Shown: piece after piece, positions 56,158-64,000 of the stretch | How the letters are laid out: every line of letters starts with the position of its first letter | How positions within the stretch are numbered: position 1 is the first letter of the stretch | Origin: Patescibacteria group bacterium | GTDB taxonomy: Bacteria; Patescibacteriota; Microgenomatia; UBA1400; PJMF01 | Assembly (NCBI GenBank): GCA_052035325.1 | Contig: JBPOHR010000011.1 | Coordinates: forward strand, 8,131-72,130 | Direction of reading: 5' to 3' | DNA: 64,000 bases | Made by a program: the position numbers and the translations under genes | The notes under the pieces: generated by a model | Database searches by the model: none | What the model was told of the DNA's origin: nothing | Seen by the model: the letters and a program-made list of their open reading frames with translations, nothing else

Positions 56158-57547
56158 GTTGATACGAAAGTGCCTCCAATACATGTTGTTTTTCGATGAT
56201 TGGGCTGTTTTCTAAGTCCGCGATGCTTTGACTGATGCTCACAAGATGGTTGAGTCGACGGATAGAGTGTCCTTCAACTGAGATATTGTGGAGTGTCTCG
56301 AGGGCTGCCACATCCCAGCGGGAAAAGTGCTCAAAATTGTGTAGCTGTAGATCTGAGTTCCACTGCATACCGCTTTTTTCAAAGCGTACATGTTGGATTT
56401 TTTGAATGTGCAGTAGTCTATCAAGTAGCTGCAGTGAAGTTGTAGTACCAGGTAGTGGAGATATTTCCTCTTCCACTTGGATATGGAGCCCAATTCGATC
56501 GTTAAACGCGCCTGAAACTCGACGCGTGTACTGTTGAATTTGCAAAGGTGTGCAATGGCAGTCGTGTTGCTGACTCCCTCGCCAGCCGCACGGACATTGA
56601 TTCATGGTACCAAGCAGTAAGAACCGACAAGGAAATGTCCGATGAGCTTCACCACGAGCAAGGGCGAGATGGCCGGATGACAAAGGCTCTCGTAGTGCCT
56701 CGAGGGCAGCACGAGGAAATTCTGCAAGTTCATCCAACAAGAGCACTCCTTGATCGGCAAGTGTCACTTCTCCAGCTTGTAGGTTGGTACCACCACCAAT
56801 CATGCCTTGGGTGCTGATACTATGGTGAGGCTGACGAATTGGTGCGTGTGGATGTGAAGCGCGCCAGAGTTCTGCCGCGGCGGTAGCCAGCATGGTCTTC
56901 CCTACTCCTGGTGGACCAGATAGCAGACAGTGATGATGCCCGATGAGAGAGATTAGGAGTGCACGTTTAGCAGTAAGTTGGCCATGGATACCGGCAAAAT
57001 CGATTGAAAAATGAGGTGGCGTTGGTGTTGTAGCTTGCAGCCGTACCTGAGGCAACTGTTCGACATGCCCTTTCATCGTTACTAGGTCAATCAATTTTTT
57101 CAACACGTACGTATCGGAAATTTCACTACTGCATGGGACAACAATTCTGGAAAAACCTTGTTGGCGGGCAAATGTTACCAAGTGCTCAAGGTGTGCAACA
57201 GGTTTGATACCTCCGTCGAGGGCCAGTTCGCCCAGCCACAACACTTTCTGCGAAATAGGTGGAATTGCTTGCGCTATCTGAAGCAGGCCGACTGCCATTG
57301 CTAAGTCGAGACCTGCACTCGTTTTCTTGAGCTCGGCAGGCGAAAGATTAATAATGGTACGCTTACTTTTTAGCCGAATATTGCAGCTAGCCAGTGCAGA
57401 TAAGAGGCGTTCGCGCGCTTCGTGAAGGGCCTGAGTAGCTAATCCAATGACAATTAATTGCGGAATGCCTTGGCGACTATTGACTTCGATCTCTACAAGA
57501 TGAGGTTGATGGTTTACGAGCAGGACGGAGTACGTTTTTGCTATCAC
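56042..57547 (-). CDS. comM: ComM/YifB-family AAA+ ATPase
   Basis: INLSPAELKK..LDLA, GELALDG, GPPGVGKTM, PHHS, LDELAEF, NQCPCG; 3' end overlaps uppP. Confidence 0.88.
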   Translation of the reverse strand: MIAKTYSVLLVNHQPHLVEIEVNSRQGIPQLIVIGLATQALHEARERLLSALASCNIRLKSKRTIINLSPAELKKTSAGLDLAMAVGLLQIAQAIPPISQKVLWLGELALDGGIKPVAHLEHLVTFARQQGFSRIVVPCSSEISDTYVLKKLIDLVTMKGHVEQLPQVRLQATTPTPPHFSIDFAGIHGQLTAKRALLISLIGHHHCLLSGPPGVGKTMLATAAAELWRASHPHAPIRQPHHSISTQGMIGGGTNLQAGEVTLADQGVLLLDELAEFPRAALEALREPLSSGHLALARGEAHRTFPCRFLLLGTMNQCPCGWRGSQQHDCHCTPLQIQQYTRRVSGAFNDRIGLHIQVEEEISPLPGTTTSLQLLDRLLHIQKIQHVRFEKSGMQWNSDLQLHNFEHFSRWDVAALETLHNISVEGHSIRRLNHLVSISQSIADLENSPIIEKQHVLEALSYQPNEALLPPKVPQWSRTPRLNNTIQTIETSRARSPTVTI

Positions 57548-57612
57548 AGTCACTAGTATGTGGCACCAACCTGACAAGAAGCGTGACGCGAGTATATTGA
57601 GGAACTCTTGAG

Positions 57613-58659
57613 CTAGATTCGAGCAATTTGCTCAATCAAGCGGTTGCAGTAGCCGTACTCATTGTCGTACCAACTCACCACTTTGACCAGATCACCATCC
57701 ACTACATTGGTTAGCGAAAGATCGACAATCGACGACTCGGGGCGACCAACGATGTCGTGCGAGACGATGGCTTCATCGGTGACAGCGAGGATGCCTTGCC
57801 ACTCGGGTTGCTGCGAAGCAGCGATGAGTAGCTGATTGACCTCTTCTTTGGTGGTAGGTCGGTTGGTGACAAACACCATGTCGGAAATGGAACCCACAGG
57901 TGTGGGCACACGGATAGATAAACCGTCAAACAGACCTTTGAGCTCGGGTATTACTTGGGTGACGGCGATTGCCGCGCCCGTACTGGTCGGGACGATATTT
58001 TGTGCGGCCGCGCGGGCGCGGCGCATATCTTTATGTGAATTGTCGTGGAGATTCTGGTCGTCAGTGTAGGAATGAACGGTGGTCATCATCGCTTTCTTAA
58101 TGCCGATGCCATGGTGGATGACGGCTGCCACCGGTCCGACACAGTTGGTAGTGCAGGAGGCGTTGGAGACAATTTTGGCAGCAGGGTCAAATTGATTGAT
58201 GCCGATAATGCCAGTGGGAATATCTTCTCCCTTAGTGGGAGCAGAAATAATCACTTTTTGTGCACCAGCTGTCAGGTGAGCACCAGCTTTTTCGGTATCG
58301 GTAAAGGCGCCCGTAGACTCGATGACTACCTCTACTCCACTGGCGCCCCAAGGTATTTTGGCTGGATCACGTTGGGCGGTGACAGTAATGTCGGGCACTC
58401 CTTGGCCCAGATGGATGACACCCAGAACTGGTTGTTCATCGGTAACTTCTTTGCGAGTGCGATGTTGAGTGTAGCTAATTTGGGCATTAAATACCCCATA
58501 ATTCGAGTCATATTTAAGCAAATGAACCCAGTCAGCAATATCCATGGAGCCAGAGGTATTGATGAGTTTTAGTTCGAGCGTGTCGCGGTGTTTCTCGTAC
58601 CAGACGCGAAATGTAGTTCTACCGATGCGGCCGAAGCCGTTAATGCCGAAAGTTTTCAT
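57613..58659 (-). CDS. gap: Glyceraldehyde-3-phosphate dehydrogenase
   Basis: GINGFGRIGR, SNASCTTNC, WYDNEYGY. Confidence 0.98.
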   Translation of the reverse strand: MKTFGINGFGRIGRTTFRVWYEKHRDTLELKLINTSGSMDIADWVHLLKYDSNYGVFNAQISYTQHRTRKEVTDEQPVLGVIHLGQGVPDITVTAQRDPAKIPWGASGVEVVIESTGAFTDTEKAGAHLTAGAQKVIISAPTKGEDIPTGIIGINQFDPAAKIVSNASCTTNCVGPVAAVIHHGIGIKKAMMTTVHSYTDDQNLHDNSHKDMRRARAAAQNIVPTSTGAAIAVTQVIPELKGLFDGLSIRVPTPVGSISDMVFVTNRPTTKEEVNQLLIAASQQPEWQGILAVTDEAIVSHDIVGRPESSIVDLSLTNVVDGDLVKVVSWYDNEYGYCNRLIEQIARI

Positions 58660-58737
58660 AGATCACACTATATACTATTAGGGTTATTTCCGCTAACATT
58701 TGCTTATTGAGGGAGCACTTGTTTAATCAAGCTTTTA

Positions 58738-59985
58738 TTAGCTAACAGCCTTTAATTCATATAAATGTGGTGAACCATATGGCTGGTTGATAGCTAGTGC
58801 GGCAACCTTTCGACTACTTTTTTTTCTTTGTTCCTCAATTCTTTTCTTAATTTCAACTTCCGCAGCTCGTAAACCATCCGAATTAGCGTTTTCCCTATAG
58901 GAAAACACATGTTCAGCAATCCACTCCTGACTATATCCTGCTAAGAGCAAGGCTTGTACTATTTTACGATAATCCTGTTTTTTTACGGCAACGACTGCGG
59001 TATCAAAAGCAACTTGTAACTGGCTACTACCATTCTCAGCTAGTTTAATATGATCTTTGTCAACAACATCTGACATGACGCGCTCTTGATCATGCTGCCA
59101 GCCTTTGGGATATGCAAATATACCCGATTCTGGGATTATATTCTCAGGAGCAAATCCTAAGATAACTGTTCCATACTGTTCAACGCGATCGTTTCTAAAA
59201 TAGATTTTATCAGCGTCGGTGGGATTAAAGGGACTGCTTAGTTCGATATCTTTTGTTGTTCCCAAAGCTACTGAATGATCTTTTAATGTTTCATAATACT
59301 CGGGGTGCTTATTTCTAAGCCAAGACTGTGTTGCTAAACCACCGACTACAATCATGTTTAAAAAATGATTTGGTTTAGTTGAGTGGAACCAAACCTCAAG
59401 TGGAATTTTACTTGAAATCTCTTGCGCGTCGTCCAGAAGATCAGCTTGAACTAGTTCTGTTGATGGTAAGTCATCCCTTTTCGCTTGCGAAATGACACCT
59501 CGGTTTGAATCTGCTCTTATTTGTATTTCTGGTAATAGTTGAGCAACATTTAACTCTTGGTACACTTCACGCAGATCTAAGGAATCGGGTCGAGCCCATT
59601 CTTGTGTTTGAACCTCCTTTTGGCTTGTGTCGATTTCAGATTTTAAAGAAAAATATTCGTCATCACCAAGACCCCAATTAAGTTCGCGAAGTCGCTTTTC
59701 TTTAGCAAAAGCTTCTTGGGGCGTCATTCCGGTTGATGTCGCTTTTCCCCTAGACAACCTAGTTACGTTGAGTTCTGCTTCAAGTTGCAACTTCTCATCG
59801 CGCAGCCTCTGTTGGTAATCTGCGAAGGCTTTTGTTGCATCCTTAAAACGAGTGAGTGAAGCCTGATATTGACTCTGATCAAAACCAAGATCAGTTGTAC
59901 CCAAAAATGTATCAGTACTAGAGTCGGTCTTAGATAATAAAGTGATACCAACCGCAGATTGATCAGGACTATAGCCTTCTACCAT
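58738..59985 (-). CDS. Hypothetical protein with a possible ADP-ribosyltransferase-fold domain
   Basis: WFHST...MIVVGGL, KIYF, YG.VILGF, QE after an N-terminal coiled coil. Confidence 0.6.
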   Translation of the reverse strand: MVEGYSPDQSAVGITLLSKTDSSTDTFLGTTDLGFDQSQYQASLTRFKDATKAFADYQQRLRDEKLQLEAELNVTRLSRGKATSTGMTPQEAFAKEKRLRELNWGLGDDEYFSLKSEIDTSQKEVQTQEWARPDSLDLREVYQELNVAQLLPEIQIRADSNRGVISQAKRDDLPSTELVQADLLDDAQEISSKIPLEVWFHSTKPNHFLNMIVVGGLATQSWLRNKHPEYYETLKDHSVALGTTKDIELSSPFNPTDADKIYFRNDRVEQYGTVILGFAPENIIPESGIFAYPKGWQHDQERVMSDVVDKDHIKLAENGSSQLQVAFDTAVVAVKKQDYRKIVQALLLAGYSQEWIAEHVFSYRENANSDGLRAAEVEIKKRIEEQRKKSSRKVAALAINQPYGSPHLYELKAVS

Positions 59986-60009
59986 GTACAGTTCCTAAAT
60001 TATTTCTTT

Positions 60010-60753
60010 CTACTCCATCACCGTTTCCACTTCATTACTGCAATACGTGCCGATATCTTCGCCCATCACGGCTTTGATCAAATTCTCATGCTCAAACAAC
60101 TCGAACACCATCAATGGCATGTTGTTATCCTTGCTCATGGCCAGCGCTGCTGTATCCATGACTTGTAGACCTTGCTTGACGGCGTCTTCAAAACTGAGCG
60201 TTTTGTAGCGGCGGGCATCTTCATGTTTCATTGGATCTTTGTCATAGATACCGTTTACTTTTGTAGCTTTCATCAATACATCGCAGCCTAGCTCCAGTGC
60301 GTGCAGAGAAGCCCCTGTATCAGTAGTGACATAGGGTACGCCGGTGCCGGCAGCGAGAATAACCACTCTCCCCTTCTCCATGTGTCGGATAGCTCTGCGA
60401 CGAATAAAGCTCTCGGCTACAGCCGGCATTTCCAGTGCAGATTGAACGCGAGTGGGCACGCCCACTTTTTCCAGTGCATCTTGCAGAGCCAACGCGTTCA
60501 TCACCGTGGCAAGCATGCCCATGTAGTCAGCAGTAGCGCGCTCGATACCATTTTTGGAACCAGCGATGCCGCGGAAAATATTGCCGCCGCCAATCACCAC
60601 TGCCACTTGCACACCTTGCTCGTATACTTCTTTGACTTGTTCGGCAACTTGCAGGGCGGCAGCTGGATCGATACCATATTCGCGATTACCAATCAGCGAC
60701 TCGCCGCCGACTTTGAGCATGATGCGTTTGAAACGAGGTTGTGAGTTGGACAT
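60010..60753 (-). CDS. pyrH: Uridylate kinase
   Basis: LKVGGE, GGGNIFRG, ADYMGMLAT, TTDT. Confidence 0.97.
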   Translation of the reverse strand: MSNSQPRFKRIMLKVGGESLIGNREYGIDPAAALQVAEQVKEVYEQGVQVAVVIGGGNIFRGIAGSKNGIERATADYMGMLATVMNALALQDALEKVGVPTRVQSALEMPAVAESFIRRRAIRHMEKGRVVILAAGTGVPYVTTDTGASLHALELGCDVLMKATKVNGIYDKDPMKHEDARRYKTLSFEDAVKQGLQVMDTAALAMSKDNNMPLMVFELFEHENLIKAVMGEDIGTYCSNEVETVME

Positions 60754-60762
60754 GGGACCTTT

Positions 60763-61167
60763 CTAAGGGTTGTTATGCTGTTTGGCGCGTCGTTTGGCAA
60801 GTGCCGACGAGTAACGCTCATGGATTTGACGAAACTCTTGTTGGAGGACCTCAAGCTCTTCATCTTCCAATTCTTCAATATCGACGAGTGAGGTGCGAGC
60901 ACCTTTAACAGCTCGAAGCAGTTCATCGACTTTGATATGGAGGGCTTTTGAGTCACGATTTTGTGTATTTTGAATTAAGAACACCATTAAGAAAGTGATA
61001 ATGGTGGTGCTGGTGTTGATTACTAACTGCCATGTATCGGAAAAGTGGAAGACGGGGCCGGTGGTGCCCCAGATTAGTATGACTGAAGCAGCGATAAGAA
61101 AGGCAGCGGGAGTACCTACTGCGTAGGACGTTTTTGTAGCAAGGTGGCGAAAGAAGTTTGAGTTCAT
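60763..61167 (-). CDS. Low-affinity iron permease family protein
   Basis: FSDTWQLVINTSTTIITFLMVFLIQNTQNRD. Confidence 0.92.
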   Translation of the reverse strand: MNSNFFRHLATKTSYAVGTPAAFLIAASVILIWGTTGPVFHFSDTWQLVINTSTTIITFLMVFLIQNTQNRDSKALHIKVDELLRAVKGARTSLVDIEELEDEELEVLQQEFRQIHERYSSALAKRRAKQHNNP

Positions 61168-61173
61168 AGCGTG

Positions 61174-62214
61174 TTAGCGACGTAGTTGATTGAGTCGAGC
61201 TTTGAAGCGCAGCGCTTTCCATCGCAGCGAGTCGGCGAAGGTAAATAACTGGTAAAAGCGGCTATCAAGTACCAGATCATAGGTGCCGACAAACTCAATT
61301 AAAGCACCCCCATAGCCTTTTTTGAACCGGTGAAACCCAAACCAGGGATCTTTTTCATCTGGCTCTGGGCCTAGTGAACCCCACATATCAAACATCGTAC
61401 AACCTTGATTTTTGCCAAAGCGGATCATTTCCCACATCATCAGGTTGCTCGCCATCACTTCGCGGTGAGCTGAACTTGAGGCGCCATACGGATAGTACAG
61501 GACACCATTGAAGACAAACATGATCCAGGCTACGAGCACTTGCCCTTCGTACATTGCATGAAAAATGCGCATCATGCCACTTTCGCCCAGTGCTTTCCAC
61601 ATGGTGCGGAAGTATTCAGGTGAATGGGCATAGAATCCTTGACGATTGGTGGTTTCTGCCAGGACGGTCAGGTACGCTTCTAAGCCTTCAGTTGATGTAT
61701 TTTCGACGATTTCTACACCTTTTTTGTGCGCGACATTGACGTTGTAGCGAGTTTTGCTGTTTAGGTTGGCAAAGAGTTCTTCTTCACTTGGGGTGAGATC
61801 AAGCTGAAACGTATATTTAGTGAAGAGCGGTTTACCTGCCTGCGCGCCGTGTTTGAGCAAAAATGTACTAATGTCATAGTGACCTGAAGGTGTCCCGGCT
61901 GGTTGTCCCACATTTGGTTCTAATTTGATGAATAAAGCGTTGTGTTGTTTACCTATTTGCTCCAGGGCCGCGAGTTGCTCTTCATCAGGCATAAAACCCT
62001 TGGGGAAGTACCCAGCCTTTTTGCCCAAGACGGGAATAGGATGAAATGTGACTTGGAGGGCTTTTTGAAGTCTACCATCATCAAAAAAACCAATCCGCTC
62101 AACTTCTAGTCCGGTAGCTCGTCTGAACTCACCCCATTCCCAACTTTGCAGAGGATGTTGAACCGCTGAGTTGTAGAGGGCTCGTTCTTCGGGGCGGAGG
62201 GGTCTGAGGAGCAT
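61174..62214 (-). CDS. FemABX-family peptidoglycan bridge peptidyltransferase
   Basis: LQSWEWG, KTRYNV, YPYGAS, FDMWG, FKKGYGG. Confidence 0.9.
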   Translation of the reverse strand: MLLRPLRPEERALYNSAVQHPLQSWEWGEFRRATGLEVERIGFFDDGRLQKALQVTFHPIPVLGKKAGYFPKGFMPDEEQLAALEQIGKQHNALFIKLEPNVGQPAGTPSGHYDISTFLLKHGAQAGKPLFTKYTFQLDLTPSEEELFANLNSKTRYNVNVAHKKGVEIVENTSTEGLEAYLTVLAETTNRQGFYAHSPEYFRTMWKALGESGMMRIFHAMYEGQVLVAWIMFVFNGVLYYPYGASSSAHREVMASNLMMWEMIRFGKNQGCTMFDMWGSLGPEPDEKDPWFGFHRFKKGYGGALIEFVGTYDLVLDSRFYQLFTFADSLRWKALRFKARLNQLRR

Positions 62215-62237
62215 AGGTCTATTGTACTGGTATTCTT

Positions 62238-64000
62238 CTATTCTTCCAAAAATTTCTTGATATCCATTTCACCGGTTAAGACTGCATCTAGCATATCATC
62301 GTCTATAACTAAGTGGCGACCTTTTGGTGTAGCTGGTTTGCGCCAGGCTGAGCGTTGACCAGTATAGGCTTGAGAAGTTGCAAAACTATTTTGGACGTAT
62401 GCATCTCCCCCACTACTGCGTTGTTCGACGAGGCTTTCGGGGATATCGCGAAGGAAACGACTGCGTAAACCATAGGTTGGTGTACCAAAAATCCAGCGGA
62501 CACGGGCATAGCTTAGGTACAGTTTTTCTTTGGCTCTGGTGATGCCGACGTAAGTGAGGCGACGCTCTTCTTCCATTTGTGCTTTGTCGAGTAGTGAGCG
62601 GGAGTGGGGCAAAATGCCATCTTCCATACCCACTACAAAGACAACCGGAAACTCCAAACCTTTGGCAGAATGCAGGCTCATGAGTGTCAAGGTGTCGCGC
62701 TGATCGGCTTTTTCGACATCAGCTAGGTAGTCATCTTGGACGAGGGCAACATTTTCCAGAAACACCCGCGAATCGGTAAACTGACTGGCAACGTTTTGAA
62801 GTTCTTGGATGTTTTCAATTCGGGCAAAATCTTCGGGGTCCTCTTTATCAAATTGATCCAAATAATTGGTTGCTTTGAGGATGTGCTGTAGTAGCTCGAG
62901 AGGTGCGGTTGCGGTGGTTGCATCTTCGCCAAGTGTGTCTCGCCAGAGCAAAAAGGCCTCTAGGCGGCGTTTGCCAAGCTTGAGAACTCGTTCATGGCTA
63001 ACGGTATCTTGTGGATTGACGACGAGGCGCAAGTACGCCAGGAGATCTTTGATTTCTTTTCGTTCGTAAAACTTAAAGCCGCCTACTAGGCGATACGGTA
63101 TACCTGCACGCACTAGTGCTTCTTCAAAAGGTCGAGATTGTGCGTTGGTGCGGTACAGTACCGCCATGTCTGAGTACGAATATGTTTTGTGGAGCTGGCG
63201 GACTTCATCGACGACGGTGCGCGCTTCGTCATCGCCGGTTTCACTTTCGAGTAAGACAATCGGTTCGCGATTGGTATTTTCAGTCCAGAGCTGCAGAATC
63301 GGAAAGTCATTTCCTTTCGAAATTACTGCTGTAGCTGCATCGAGAATGGTCTGCGTTGATCGATAGTTCTGCTCGAGACGATACTCGGCAATGTCATTAA
63401 AATCCTGTTTCAAATTGAGCAAATTACGATAGTCAGCTCCCCGCCAAGCATAAATGCTTTGGGCAAAATCACCTACTATGTAGACATTGTTTTGTGGCCG
63501 AGCAAATAATTTGGTGAGCTGATACTGGACCTTATTAGTATCTTGATATTCATCAACGAGGACGTGTGTCAATTGGGTCTGATACCGGTCAAGCACCGTT
63601 TTTTGACTCTGGAGTAGTTCGACTACCTTGAGTAATAAGTCATCGAAATCAACAGCCTGCTGTTCTTTGAGTGCCAGTTGGTACAGTTTGTAGATGCGAG
63701 CGGTGAACTCTTGGAATTGACCACTCGCCAATTGTTCATATTCTTGCCAAGTGAGCATCTCATTTTTGGCTTTTGAGATTGTGGCTTTGACGGCGTTTGG
63801 GTTGTGTTCTTTGGTGCTGTAGCCTTGGCTTTTATAAATCTGTTTAATCAGAGAAAGTTGGTCATCAGCATCATAAATGCTGAAACCTGGTTTGAGTCCC
63901 ACGTGATAGCCATCTCGACGCAGAATATTGGCAGAAATTCGATGAAAAGTCCCCGAGAATGGCAACTTGGCTCCAGTTAGACTCTGAACGCGTTGTCCCA
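62238..64000 (-). CDS. pcrA: PcrA/UvrD helicase, 5' end outside the window
   Basis: GTFH, VDEYQDTN, QSIYAWRGA, LEQNYRS, LYRTNAQS, HSAKGLEF, EEERRL.YVGITRA. Confidence 0.95.
   Translation of the reverse strand, partial: GQRVQSLTGAKLPFSGTFHRISANILRRDGYHVGLKPGFSIYDADDQLSLIKQIYKSQGYSTKEHNPNAVKATISKAKNEMLTWQEYEQLASGQFQEFTARIYKLYQLALKEQQAVDFDDLLLKVVELLQSQKTVLDRYQTQLTHVLVDEYQDTNKVQYQLTKLFARPQNNVYIVGDFAQSIYAWRGADYRNLLNLKQDFNDIAEYRLEQNYRSTQTILDAATAVISKGNDFPILQLWTENTNREPIVLLESETGDDEARTVVDEVRQLHKTYSYSDMAVLYRTNAQSRPFEEALVRAGIPYRLVGGFKFYERKEIKDLLAYLRLVVNPQDTVSHERVLKLGKRRLEAFLLWRDTLGEDATTATAPLELLQHILKATNYLDQFDKEDPEDFARIENIQELQNVASQFTDSRVFLENVALVQDDYLADVEKADQRDTLTLMSLHSAKGLEFPVVFVVGMEDGILPHSRSLLDKAQMEEERRLTYVGITRAKEKLYLSYARVRWIFGTPTYGLRSRFLRDIPESLVEQRSSGGDAYVQNSFATSQAYTGQRSAWRKPATPKGRHLVIDDDMLDAVLTGEMDIKKFLEE

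Overview
A 64-kb chromosomal segment of a Patescibacteria (CPR) genome, most likely Microgenomates; this is inferred from a DUF5660-like gene, truncated HolB/Tig/PheT, a Microgenomates-style type IV pilus cluster, FemX and tRNAs without encoded CCA. It holds a XerC/D-type recombinase, gyrA/ppa/gyrB and a ~21-kb type IV pilus locus (pilB, pilT, pilC, pilD, seven prepilin-motif genes, pilMNO) interrupted by a partly inverted accessory block. It also holds translation/RNA genes (rpsP, rnc, nusB, rpmF, tyrS, pheST, rplT-rpmI-infC, tig, miaAB), three tRNAs, RNase P RNA, cell-wall genes, recG, comM, gap, pyrH and a partial pcrA. I found no CRISPR array, rRNA, transposase or reverse transcriptase. 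The best candidate for an undescribed system is a ~78-bp double-palindrome site with a fixed-length 14-nt variable linker, present in three copies around the recombinase, membrane gene and tRNA-Ala, and interleaved with DnaA-box-like motifs. Other leads are a deoxyribosyltransferase-fold/ribbon-helix-helix fusion inside the pilus locus, an acyl-carrier-like protein lacking its modifiable serine, an inverted adhesin plus minor-pilin cassette and a putative ADP-ribosyltransferase-fold orphan. All family assignments come from recognising motifs by eye; no searches were run.
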